A stretch of 63,725 nucleotides of DNA, filler included, from Gemmatimonadota bacterium (GCA_003697105.1; 3 parts of 3 records of this genome joined end to end with filler, not necessarily neighbours in it), one strand, 5' to 3'. Numbered from the whole stretch's first letter, positions 31,667 to 41,245 are shown. The notes: generated by a model from the sequence alone, not told the origin. Numbers and translations: made by a program.

Positions 31667-32293
31667 TTATTCGCTTTTTTCACCATAAACAGGGTGCGCA
31701 ATTTTTTGGACGTATTCGGCAAAATCAAAGCCTTTAAAATTTGGGCTTTCTTCATTATGGCAAGCCTTACATGTTTCTTCTGTGGGGATTTTCAAACCGA
31801 TGGACGCCCGAAGCGCATCCTTTTCCTCACCATCTTCCATTCCGGCAAGTTTTTTCTTATCTTTTAAGGCTTTTACATACTTACCCCCCGCTCCATGGCA
31901 GGATTCACAACTGACACCTTCCTCCATGCTGTATTTGGATTTAGAGCCTTCTGCCCCACCGAGCACTGCCGCATCCATACCATATCCGGTCACGTGACAT
32001 TTTAAGCATTGCTCTGCTTTTTGGGGGTCTTCAATGCCCTTTTCGGCAGCAATCTTTTTGGCTTCTTCCCCACCAAGGGTTTCATACGCTTTAGCATGTC
32101 TTTCACCTGCCCAGATGTCGTAAGCGCTGAATGTGGCGCCTTTATCAGCTACCTTGCCGTTGTGGCACTTCTTACAACTCTCCGCACCCATGTATTCAAC
32201 CGGAGAACTTTCCTCCGAATTCCCGTTTGGAATGGAGACGAACATCGCTCCTACCAGTACGCCTGCCAGCAACAAACCTGTAAATCGCTTCAT
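31667..32293 (-). CDS. Periplasmic tetraheme cytochrome c (c554-like domain)
   Basis: Signal peptide; CKKCH, CLKCH, CESCH, CKACH; YMGAESC and GVSCESCHG patterns. Confidence 0.9.
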   Translation of the reverse strand: MKRFTGLLLAGVLVGAMFVSIPNGNSEESSPVEYMGAESCKKCHNGKVADKGATFSAYDIWAGERHAKAYETLGGEEAKKIAAEKGIEDPQKAEQCLKCHVTGYGMDAAVLGGAEGSKSKYSMEEGVSCESCHGAGGKYVKALKDKKKLAGMEDGEEKDALRASIGLKIPTEETCKACHNEESPNFKGFDFAEYVQKIAHPVYGEKSE

Positions 32294-32482
32294 TTTACCC
32301 TCCTTAGGTTGATGAAGTGAGTAGAAATACTGACGTTAATTGAGTATAACAAAACCATTGGCTACCTAGCCAGTTGGGAAAATTTACCATAAATAAAAAA
32401 AGCTGTCAATGTAATTCTCACGTCGGTACGGGTAATACTGTAAACTATAATGAACTTTTGTATAGAATATGGAACAAACACC

Positions 32483-32511
32483 TTGACATTACCTTCTCAA
32501 AATCGTAAATT
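32483..32511 (+). promoter_or_regulatory. Sigma70-type promoter of the kinase operon
   Basis: TTGACA-N17-TAAATT. Confidence 0.55.
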
Positions 32512-32574
32512 TCAGAGTAAACCATCTATAACTTTGATATTGAACTCGTGATCTACCGGCGGTGAAAATCAGAC

Positions 32575-34086
32575 ATGCTCAAATTACGCATCAGCTATAA
32601 GATAATTATTGGCGTTGGGTTTATTACCAGTGTCGCCATCATCGTATTTTCGTATTTGATTTTACGCTCCCAATGCCAAGGTATGGTATCCCAACTGCGG
32701 TTAAGTGGGTATCAGTTGAGTGAAACAATCAAAAGTAGTACACGCCATGATATGTTGACCGCCGATCAGGAAAATGTCCACCGCACCATTGACCAAATTG
32801 GGATGCAAAAAGGGATCAATAAGGTTCGTATTTTCAATAAGATCGGCATGATCATGTATTCGTCCGATAAAGATGAAATTAATACGATGGTCGATAAAAA
32901 CGCCGAAGCGTGTTATGTATGCCATGCGGCGGATCAGCCCTTAGAAAAGCTCTCTATCCCGGAACGGACACGAATATTTAAAGGGAATGATGGGCACCGA
33001 AGTTTAGGGATTATCAACCCTATTTATAACGAGCCTAGTTGTTGGCAGGGGGACTGCCATGCCCACCCGAAAGACCAAAAAGTATTGGGTGTATTGGATA
33101 TTACCCTGTCATTAGAAGATACGGATCGCTTAATTGCTCTAAACCGGAAGCGGATGGTCATTTTCGGAATCGTCGTGCTCACCCTGGTGAGCGTTATATT
33201 ATGGCGATTGGTTCAAAAATTAGTCGGTGAGCCGGTGAAAATGTTAGTTGAAGCCACAAAGGTGATTGCCAGTGGAAATCTCAATCACAAAATCAAAATT
33301 AATTCTCGTGATGAACTAGGAGACCTGGCACAGGCATTCAATGTGATGACAGAAAAACTAGTGGAAGCCCAACATCAGGTTTACCAGCAAGATAAGTTGG
33401 CGTCATTAGGGCGTTTAGCCGCCGGTGTGGCACACGAGATCAACAATCCGCTTACCGGAATCCTGACATACAGTAGTTTTTTGCTCAAACGGAGTGAACA
33501 CTATCCTGAGATTAAAGACGATCTGGATGTTATTGTGCGGGAAACAAAACGATGCCGGGACATCGTTAAAGGCTTACTCGATTTTGCCCGACAAGTACCT
33601 TCCAAAAAAAGCCATCTCAATATTAATGACGTCATCTGCCATAGCCTTGATCTGCTGGAAAATCAACTGTTATTGCACCATATCCACGTCGAAAAAGAGC
33701 TTAGCCCCACCGTACCGGATATTATTGCCGACGCCAATCAGATGGAGCAAGTATTTATCAACCTGATTGTCAACGCGGCAGACGCCATCGGAGAACAAAA
33801 AAACGGTGTCCTCCGCATTAAAAGTGAAGCTCAGATGATCAATTTCCGAAATTATGTGAAAATTGACCTCAGTGATAATGGATGCGGTATGTCCGAAGAC
33901 CAACTCTCCAAAATTTTTGAGCCTTTTTATACCACCAAAGGGCAAAAAGGAACAGGCTTAGGACTCGCTGTCGTCTGGGGAATTATGGAAAAACATGGGG
34001 GAAAAATCAAGGTTGAAAGCCAACCGGGGCAGGGCACCACTTTTACCTTGCTTTTTCCCGTCGATGGCGAACAATCATCACTTTGA
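32575..34086 (+). CDS. Sensor histidine kinase with heme-c-binding periplasmic domain and HAMP
   Basis: Two TM helices; CYVCH and CWQGDCH in the periplasmic part; AHEINNPL H-box, N/G boxes. Confidence 0.93.
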   Translation: MLKLRISYKIIIGVGFITSVAIIVFSYLILRSQCQGMVSQLRLSGYQLSETIKSSTRHDMLTADQENVHRTIDQIGMQKGINKVRIFNKIGMIMYSSDKDEINTMVDKNAEACYVCHAADQPLEKLSIPERTRIFKGNDGHRSLGIINPIYNEPSCWQGDCHAHPKDQKVLGVLDITLSLEDTDRLIALNRKRMVIFGIVVLTLVSVILWRLVQKLVGEPVKMLVEATKVIASGNLNHKIKINSRDELGDLAQAFNVMTEKLVEAQHQVYQQDKLASLGRLAAGVAHEINNPLTGILTYSSFLLKRSEHYPEIKDDLDVIVRETKRCRDIVKGLLDFARQVPSKKSHLNINDVICHSLDLLENQLLLHHIHVEKELSPTVPDIIADANQMEQVFINLIVNAADAIGEQKNGVLRIKSEAQMINFRNYVKIDLSDNGCGMSEDQLSKIFEPFYTTKGQKGTGLGLAVVWGIMEKHGGKIKVESQPGQGTTFTLLFPVDGEQSSL

Positions 34087-34110
34087 ACCAAATGGAGTAA
34101 CTCTGCCTTC

Positions 34111-34848
34111 ATGGGAAAACCATATGATATACTGATTATAGATGACGAAGAGGTGGTGGTCAATGCCACTATTAAAATTATGAGCCTCGAAGGGTTCACG
34201 GTGGATAGCGCCTTGGATGCCAAAACCGGTTTGGAAAAATTGGCAACACAGCAATATCGTCTTCTACTTACCGATTTAATGTTGCCCGATATGTCCGGCT
34301 ATGAAGTTATCACGTACATGAAAGCAAAGGGAATACAAATTCCGATCATTCTGATTACCGGTTATGCGACACTCGATAATGCGGTTAAAGCCATGAAAAT
34401 GGGGATTTTTGATTTTATTCCCAAACCCTTTGAAATTGAGGAACTGCTAGGTGTAACCCTGAGAGCCTGGCGCGTTCAAGCGGACGATATCCCTGCTGAC
34501 CCACCGTGTCCCTCGCGGCGCTATTTGGGCAAACATGCTTGGGTAGATATCGATTCCGACGGTAGGGCGCATATCGGTGCTGCGGCACTCTTCCGAAAAA
34601 CCGTAGGTACGATCAACCATATTCATTTCCCGGCAAGGGGTCAGGAGGTAAAACAAGGCGGGCAGTGTTTAAAATTCCAAACGGATGATACCTATCAGCA
34701 TACCCTTTGGTCACCGCTCAGTGGTATCGTGATCGAGACAAATCATACGATTCAACAGCACCCCACTCGCCTAAAAGATGAAAATCCGTGGCTGGTTCAG
34801 CTTCTTCCCAGTAACATGGATGCTGAAATTAAACATTTGACGTTATGA
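34111..34848 (+). CDS. Response regulator receiver fused to a GcvH-like domain
   Basis: IIDDE, TDLMLP, ITG and KPF; C-terminal HAWV...G.A.IG...SPLSG.V.E.N...W. Confidence 0.85.
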   Translation: MGKPYDILIIDDEEVVVNATIKIMSLEGFTVDSALDAKTGLEKLATQQYRLLLTDLMLPDMSGYEVITYMKAKGIQIPIILITGYATLDNAVKAMKMGIFDFIPKPFEIEELLGVTLRAWRVQADDIPADPPCPSRRYLGKHAWVDIDSDGRAHIGAAALFRKTVGTINHIHFPARGQEVKQGGQCLKFQTDDTYQHTLWSPLSGIVIETNHTIQQHPTRLKDENPWLVQLLPSNMDAEIKHLTL

Positions 34849-34905
34849 CCTGCATCATTGGGATTCATTTATATATACTACATTTTAGTCGTCATGGAGG
34901 CTATC

Positions 34906-36030
34906 ATGGTTGCCCTAATTGTCATTTTATGTATCGTCGCTTTTATCACGGCGGATGTGCTCATCCGAGTGATACTGCAACGCCTCGCTGAAGCTAAATT
35001 ACGCAAAGAGCGACAAGCGGCGTTGGAAACCGGTCTCCGCTTGGATTTTGCCGATGAAGCAAAAACACTGAAACGAGTGGAGGTGACCAACCCCAAAGCG
35101 AAAATTTTAGCAGTAGATGATGAAGAGGTTGTCCTCTCCAGTTTTCGGAAGATTCTAGTGCTTGCCGGATATTCTATTGATACTGTGGAAACCGGTCAGG
35201 AAGCTTTGATGCTGGTTCAACATCATGATTACGATTTCGTCTTCACCGACCTCAAAATGCCAGAGATGGATGGCGTCGAGGTGGTCAAGGGGGTCAAACA
35301 CCTCCGCCCAGACATCGATGTGATCGTCATTACGGGCTACGCCACCATTGAAACCGCCGTCGAAACAATGAAATATGGCGCAATGGACTACGTCCAGAAA
35401 CCTTTCACCGAAGATGAATTGGTCGATTTTGTCAATAAGACCTACATCCGGCGCCAAGACCGGTTGGAACGGCAAATCAAACCGAAAATCCATTTAGTGA
35501 CACCTACCAGCGGTGAATCTCCTGACAAACACACCTTTAATGTCCCCGCCGGTATTTTCATCGCTCCCGAACATACTTGGGTCAGCATCCAGCTCAACGG
35601 GATGGCCCGCGTAGGGCTTGATGATTTTGCACAAAAAATCATCGGTGAAATTGATGACGTGAAACTCCCGAAAATCGATCAAGTTGTGAAGAAGGGAGAA
35701 CCCCTGTTTACGATCAAACACCTTTCTAACTCGATTCAATTTTTTGCCCCGATTAGCGGAAAAGTAACCGCTATCAATACAGAATTGATAAGTGATATTG
35801 ATGCCATCAAATACAAGCCGTACGCCGAGGGGTGGATTTGTAACATCGAACCGGAACGGCTAACCGAAGAATTGCCTTCCCTGAAAATTGGTGCAGATGC
35901 GCTCGCGTGGTATCAACAGGAAGTCGATACGTATATCGATTTAGTCAAAAAAATCAGTGATCCGGATGCGTTTTGGACCACAATTTCCAAAATGTTTTTT
36001 CAGCCAAAAACGGAGTCGGGAAAGGAGTGA
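34906..36030 (+). CDS. Membrane-anchored response regulator receiver fused to a GcvH-like domain
   Basis: N-terminal TM; VDDE, TDLKMP, KPF; HTWV...RVGLDDFAQ...APISGKVTAIN...PYAEGWI; GGAGG RBS. Confidence 0.88.
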   Translation: MVALIVILCIVAFITADVLIRVILQRLAEAKLRKERQAALETGLRLDFADEAKTLKRVEVTNPKAKILAVDDEEVVLSSFRKILVLAGYSIDTVETGQEALMLVQHHDYDFVFTDLKMPEMDGVEVVKGVKHLRPDIDVIVITGYATIETAVETMKYGAMDYVQKPFTEDELVDFVNKTYIRRQDRLERQIKPKIHLVTPTSGESPDKHTFNVPAGIFIAPEHTWVSIQLNGMARVGLDDFAQKIIGEIDDVKLPKIDQVVKKGEPLFTIKHLSNSIQFFAPISGKVTAINTELISDIDAIKYKPYAEGWICNIEPERLTEELPSLKIGADALAWYQQEVDTYIDLVKKISDPDAFWTTISKMFFQPKTESGKE

Positions 36031-36035
36031 GGTAA

Positions 36036-36833
36036 ATGCACCCCCAAAGTAATAGCGAGGGTTACGCCATTTTAACCGACCTGACCAAGTGTATCGGCTG
36101 CGAAGCGTGTGTACAAGCTTGCAAAACGATCAACGAACTACCACCGGCAGAACATCCTTCTAAACTATCTGCGACCACCTGGACATACATTGATCGTCGG
36201 GAGGGTGTGAACATCCGCCGGCAGTGCCTGCACTGTCTTGATCCGGCCTGTGCCTCTGTCTGTCCGGTGGCGGCATTACATAAAACTGAGACTGGGGCGG
36301 TGATATACGATTTCAACCGGTGTATCGGATGCCGCTACTGTCTGTTAGCCTGTCCGTTTGAAATTCCCAAATATGAGTGGGATAAAGCGTTGCCGCGGGT
36401 GCAAAAGTGCATCCTTTGCTATGAAAAACGGGTATCCAAAGGCGAAGAACCGGCATGTACCGCCATCTGTCCCACCGGGGCGACCCTTTTCGGCAAACGT
36501 AACGAACTTCTCGATGTTGCTCGCCAACGGATCAAAGATCATCCTGAAATATACGTGAATCATATCTACGGTGTGGCAGAAGCGGGCGGCACATCCGTGC
36601 TGTACCTCTCTGATGTACCCTTCGAGCAGTTAGGGTTTAAAACCGCGCAAACCACCCCCTACCCCCAACTAACATGGAATATCTTACGCCATATCCCCAC
36701 CGTCGTTAGTGTGGGGGGTGTCGGTATGTTGGGCACCTGGTGGATTATCCATCGACGGATGCTGATCGAAAAGGTCAATAACGGCGAACTCTCCGAGGAA
36801 GAAGCTTTCGGAAAGCGAGGTGAAACCCCATGA
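36036..36833 (+). CDS. 4x[4Fe-4S] electron-transfer subunit (HybA/HmcB-like) with C-terminal TM anchor
   Basis: CIGCEACVQAC, CLHCLDPACASVCP, CIGCRYCLLACP, CILC...PACTAICP; YG..EAGGTSVLY. Confidence 0.92.
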   Translation: MHPQSNSEGYAILTDLTKCIGCEACVQACKTINELPPAEHPSKLSATTWTYIDRREGVNIRRQCLHCLDPACASVCPVAALHKTETGAVIYDFNRCIGCRYCLLACPFEIPKYEWDKALPRVQKCILCYEKRVSKGEEPACTAICPTGATLFGKRNELLDVARQRIKDHPEIYVNHIYGVAEAGGTSVLYLSDVPFEQLGFKTAQTTPYPQLTWNILRHIPTVVSVGGVGMLGTWWIIHRRMLIEKVNNGELSEEEAFGKRGETP

Positions 36834-38374
36834 AGATAAAAATTACCTTTTGGCGGGTTATCGCTCTGCTGATTTTACTTGCTGGATTGTACGCTACTTT
36901 TCTGCGCTTCACGCGCGGTTTGGGGGCGGTAACGAACCTTTCGGATCAATTCCCGTGGGGCTTATGGATTGGTTTTGATGTATTGGTCGGGGTGGGGTTA
37001 GCCGCCGGGGGGTTCACGATTGCCGCTATCGTTCATATTTTCAATATCGAAACATACGAGTCGATTAGTCGCCCCACCTTATTGACGGCGTTTTTGGGCT
37101 ATTTGTTGGTTGCAACTGCTATTATGTTCGATATTGGGCAACCGCATCGAATTTGGCATCCAATCATCATGTGGAATCCGCATTCCGTGATGTTTGAAGT
37201 CGCGTGGTGTGTCACCCTTTATCTGACCGTCCTGGCACTGGAATTTAGCCCGATTGTCTTTGAAAAATTCAATCTCAACGTTCCGCTGAAAGTGATGCGA
37301 ACCATTTATTTGCCGTTGGTTATTTTAGGAGTATTGCTTTCCATGCTCCACCAATCCTCACTCGGTACCGTATATGTGATTGTCCCGGATAAACTCTACG
37401 GGTTGTGGTATTCGCCGATGTTGCCGATTTTCTTCTTTATTTCAGCCATCTCGGTGGGACTCGCAATGACGATCTTTGAGTCATTCCTTAGTTACCGTGC
37501 CTTTGGTAAACGCCTCGAATTAAATATCCTAGTGGGGTTAGCACGGGTGTTAGTGGTTATCTTAGCCGTTTACCTGATCCTCAAGTTTCAGGATTTACGC
37601 TTACGGGGCAATCTACCGCTTGTCTTTCAACTCACTGAGGAAAGTGTTCTCTTTTGGGGTGAGATCGGCTTAGGCGTGTTCTTACCGATGATCCTGTTGT
37701 TTATTCCCCAAGTACGAGTAAAACGGGCAGGCTTATTTTTCTCCGCACTATTGGTGATAATGGGCTTCATCCTGAATCGACTCAACGTGAGCATTACCGG
37801 CATGTTACACAATGAAACATACTTTCCCAAATGGACTGAAGTCGCCATCACCCTAAGTTTTGTCACGGTTGGTTTCATCGTATTTGCTTTAGCGGTGAAA
37901 TATCTGGATATTTTCCCAACGGAAGAAATCGACCCGCATAATCCCCCGCCACTGGAACAGATAGGGCTTTCGGGTCGCGTCATTCTAGGCATGTGGGGAG
38001 TCGTGCTCGCTGGATTTATCATCTATGGTCTGGCTAAAGATAACCGGCTCGAACACCCGGTTGAAGCTGCCGCCATTGAACGCAAAACCGACCCGCTGCG
38101 TGAACTCGAATTTACTAATTTGCCAGCAGACATCGTCTATGACAAAAGTGATATGGGAACTGTGACATTCAGTCATGAGACACATCTATTGTTGGTAGAT
38201 AACCCCCAGTGCCAGCCATGCCACCCCAAGTTGTATGACTATAACATTACCCCCAAACAGCAGACCCCGCTGGTGGGTGACGTTATGCACGAATCTCAAT
38301 CCTGCGGGCACTGCCATAACGGTACGATGGCGTTCAGCATCGAGGAAGAATGTACGCTATGTCATGTAGAGTAA
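36830..38374 (+). CDS. NrfD/HybB/HmcC-like quinone-reactive membrane subunit fused to a C-terminal triheme c7-like domain
   Basis: TNLSDQFPWGLWIGFD, GLAAGGF, LHQSSLG; C-terminal FSHETH with CQPCH, CGHCH, CTLCH. Confidence 0.9.
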   Translation: MKIKITFWRVIALLILLAGLYATFLRFTRGLGAVTNLSDQFPWGLWIGFDVLVGVGLAAGGFTIAAIVHIFNIETYESISRPTLLTAFLGYLLVATAIMFDIGQPHRIWHPIIMWNPHSVMFEVAWCVTLYLTVLALEFSPIVFEKFNLNVPLKVMRTIYLPLVILGVLLSMLHQSSLGTVYVIVPDKLYGLWYSPMLPIFFFISAISVGLAMTIFESFLSYRAFGKRLELNILVGLARVLVVILAVYLILKFQDLRLRGNLPLVFQLTEESVLFWGEIGLGVFLPMILLFIPQVRVKRAGLFFSALLVIMGFILNRLNVSITGMLHNETYFPKWTEVAITLSFVTVGFIVFALAVKYLDIFPTEEIDPHNPPPLEQIGLSGRVILGMWGVVLAGFIIYGLAKDNRLEHPVEAAAIERKTDPLRELEFTNLPADIVYDKSDMGTVTFSHETHLLLVDNPQCQPCHPKLYDYNITPKQQTPLVGDVMHESQSCGHCHNGTMAFSIEEECTLCHVE

Positions 38375-38476
38375 TCGATATAAATATATTTATGTAACAT
38401 GATGATATTAAAAATGTTAATACGTGTAACACACCAACATCAAAACCTGTTTTGGATGATTTCTAATCAAAAAACC

Positions 38477-38505
38477 TTGACTTTAACGAGTTCATGATAT
38501 ATTAT
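38477..38505 (+). promoter_or_regulatory. Sigma70-type promoter for the Sec-cytochrome/rhodanese/porin operon
   Basis: TTGACT-N17-TATTAT, about 200 nt upstream of ATG 38712. Confidence 0.65.
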
Positions 38506-38711
38506 TCAAGCAATAAGCGGAGTTGAAACTCCACTAATTGGAGTGTCAATTTAAGTAGGGTGTGTCGTTCATTTATCCGGCTTTATAATACCTTGTATGC
38601 CACACCATCCCTACTTGAAGATTGTTACGTTCTAGACCGGTCTTTTCCTGCGTTGAACGGTACCTTCAACGTGTTACGTTCTCTCATTTTTCATGTTAAG
38701 GAAGGTGAGTC

Positions 38712-40061
38712 ATGATCTTTAAACGTACGATTTTGTTCGTGGCTGTGATGGCATTAACCCTGTTCATCTGGCTTTCCGGATGTACGGATAAGTATCCTAC
38801 GGAAGAGGAAAAACAAGATCAGGTCGCGATGTCCAGTTGTACGACGTGCCACTTGAATGAAACGGTGCTCAAGGAGTTCGTTGGTAGTGATTTAGTACCT
38901 CCTCCCGGTTCTGGCGAAGGCTGAGGTGGTTCAGTGTCGGGGGTCCCGGCATGGAAGACAATTTTTGTGAATGCTGACTTTTTGGAAACCGTGCATGGCA
39001 GTATGGCGTGTGAAGACTGTCACGCCGGTAATCCAAAGAGCTTCACTCTGGAAGGCGCCCACGAAGGGCTGATCGCCCTGCCCAGTGAAAATGCCGTGGC
39101 GAGTTGCGGTGGCTGTCACGCTGATGTGACCGAGAAGTTTGCCACCAGCTTGCATTATAACCAAGAAGGTTATTTTCACTGGTTTGAGGAACGAGCCGGT
39201 TACGACCTGGCAAGTGATGCCCACAAATTACAGGAATTTGGCGCAGAATGCGGTAGCTGCCATACCTCCTGCGGGGATTGCCATATCGGACGTCCCAAAT
39301 CGAATGGCGGCGGGTTAGGCAATGGCGGCCATCTGTTTCAGGGGACGCCAAGCATGACCGACAACTGTACCGCCTGCCACGGCTCACGCGTGGGTGAAGA
39401 GTACACCGGTGCGCATACCAGTCAAGGCATTAAAGCGGATGTGCATTACATCCCCAATGCCAAACGGTGCGAATTCTGCCACAGCGGGGCGGAAATGCAC
39501 GGTGACGGCAATATCTATGTGGATCGCTATGATGCGGATATGGTACATGCCGTTAAGTGCGAGGATTGCCATGAGTCAGCGCGTAATGCCAACTTTTACC
39601 ACACCGTGCACTGGGCAGGTGGAGAGTCCAGTGGTAATAAGTTGCAATGCCAGGTTTGCCATTCCCAGTCCTACAAGAACTGTAACGGCTGCCATGTGGG
39701 TGGCGATGGTATCACTGGTTCATCCTATCTGACCTTTGAAATTGGTCGGAATTATATGAAGAGTGAACGCCATGATTTTGATTACATGGTAGTTCGCCAT
39801 ATCCCAATTGCACCGGATACCTACGCCGAATGGGGGGAATCGGATTTAGCCAACTATACGGCACATCCCACGTGGAAGCTCGCTACACCGCATAATATCC
39901 AGCGGTGGACCGAACAAACCACGGTTGAAGAAGGCGAATCCTGCGGCAGTTCCTGCCATGATAGTGACATTTATCTGCGCGAAAGTGACATCGAGCTGTA
40001 TAACGCCAGCGGTTACGAAGAACTGGAACGCATCGCCAACCAACCGGTGTTTATGGATTAG
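38712..40061 (+). CDS. Multiheme cytochrome c lipoprotein with in-frame UGA (candidate selenocysteine, GEG-U-GG); 449 aa if read through
   Basis: ORFs 38712-38924 and 38934-40061 are in the same frame, separated only by TGA 38922-38924. Lipobox LSGC and 1 CxxCH lie upstream; 9 CxxCH and 1 Cx3CH lie downstream; the downstream ORF has no signal peptide of its own. Confidence 0.8.
38930..38956 (+). promoter_or_regulatory. Candidate bacterial SECIS hairpin
   Basis: TTCAGTGTCGGG-GGT-CCCGGCATGGAA: 12-position stem with one mismatch and a G-initiated apical loop about 17 nt after the UGA. Confidence 0.7.
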
Positions 40062-40068
40062 TTTACCC

Positions 40069-40104
40069 GACCTCGCGGGAACGCCTTTCGCGAGGTCTAT
40101 TTTA
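40069..40104 (+). terminator. Hairpin after the Sec-cytochrome gene (terminator or stabiliser)
   Basis: GACCTCGCG...CGCGAGGTC followed by a T-rich tract. Confidence 0.55.
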
Positions 40105-40189
40105 TTTATCTTTATCATTATACGGTGCTACCTAATTTCATTTCGTTTAACCATATATTTATTTATATCTAATATTTTAGGAGGTTTTC

Positions 40190-41227
40190 ATGTTGTCCAA
40201 AAAATTATTTCTGGTGCTAATATTAACGTTTACGCTAAGCATGTTTATGTTGGGGTGTGATGATGATGACAATGGGAGTGGCGATACCGTCGATGAAACG
40301 GCACTGCTGTTAGCCGCCGGTGATGCCTATTTTGGTAGCTACCTGACCACTGCTGGGGAAAGCCCCAACATCTCCATCACAGAACTCTACGGGTTGCTCA
40401 CGGATACCGATACCACAAATGATCCGTATCTTCTGGATTTTCGTTCGGAAAGCGATTTTAACGCGGGGCATATCAACGGGGCGGTGCACATGTCTTTGTC
40501 AGAATTACCGGACGCCGTGGATACATTGCCGACAGACAAAACGATTGTTACGATCTGCTATATGGGGCAAACCGCCAGCCACGCGGCGGCATTTATCAAT
40601 TTGATTGCCCAAGACCCAGACTATTCCGGCTTACATGCGCGTAATTTACTGTTTGGGATGAGTGCGGTCGGTACGCCATCCGGACCGTACATCCAGAATT
40701 GGGTCAATACCATTGCCACGGATGAATGGGTTGATCAATTGGAGACCACTCCCCACACCGCAACCCAAACCTATGATCTGCCGACCATCAATACGGGGGA
40801 AAACACCCTGGCAGAAATTCTGAAAGCACGTTGGACGGAATATCTGACAAGCAATGGGAATTGGGCAAACCTGACCAACACCGCAGACGTTTTTGTAAAC
40901 AATAGTAATTATTTTATTATCAACTATTGGCCCCAAAGTGAGTATGAAAATCCGGGACACATTCCAGGTGCCTATTGCTTTCCACCCAAAACGTCAATCC
41001 AATCGGATGCGGATCTGAACAAACTGCCATTGGATCAAGACATTATTGTTTATTGCTACACAGGACAAACATCTGCCCAATTAGCGGCATATCTGCGGTT
41101 ATTGGGCTACAAAGCCTGGAGTCTGGCATGGGGCGTCAATGGGTTTGCCTATCATGCCTTAGATGGCATTGGGCACCAATACAGTCCTCCGGTAGATGAC
41201 CATTCTGCCATTTTGTGGACACCTTAA
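40190..41227 (+). CDS. Tandem-rhodanese lipoprotein (sulfur/selenium transferase-like)
   Basis: Lipobox MLGC-DDDD; two rhodanese domains with GHINGA/CYMGQTA and GHIPGA/CYTGQTS active-site loops. Confidence 0.9.
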   Translation: MLSKKLFLVLILTFTLSMFMLGCDDDDNGSGDTVDETALLLAAGDAYFGSYLTTAGESPNISITELYGLLTDTDTTNDPYLLDFRSESDFNAGHINGAVHMSLSELPDAVDTLPTDKTIVTICYMGQTASHAAAFINLIAQDPDYSGLHARNLLFGMSAVGTPSGPYIQNWVNTIATDEWVDQLETTPHTATQTYDLPTINTGENTLAEILKARWTEYLTSNGNWANLTNTADVFVNNSNYFIINYWPQSEYENPGHIPGAYCFPPKTSIQSDADLNKLPLDQDIIVYCYTGQTSAQLAAYLRLLGYKAWSLAWGVNGFAYHALDGIGHQYSPPVDDHSAILWTP

Positions 41228-41245
41228 CCGTTTCATTTCGCAACT

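Noticed and set aside
34111-36030. Glycine cleavage system
   Set aside because: No gcvT/gcvP/lpd nearby, and the H-like domains lack the lipoyl-lysine motif.
38934-40061. Independent GTG-started cytochrome as given in the ORF track
   Set aside because: It has no signal peptide and the GTG is buried in the hairpin; better explained as the continuation of 38712 through UGA. A GAGGTGG RBS-like stretch does precede it, so independent initiation is not fully excluded.
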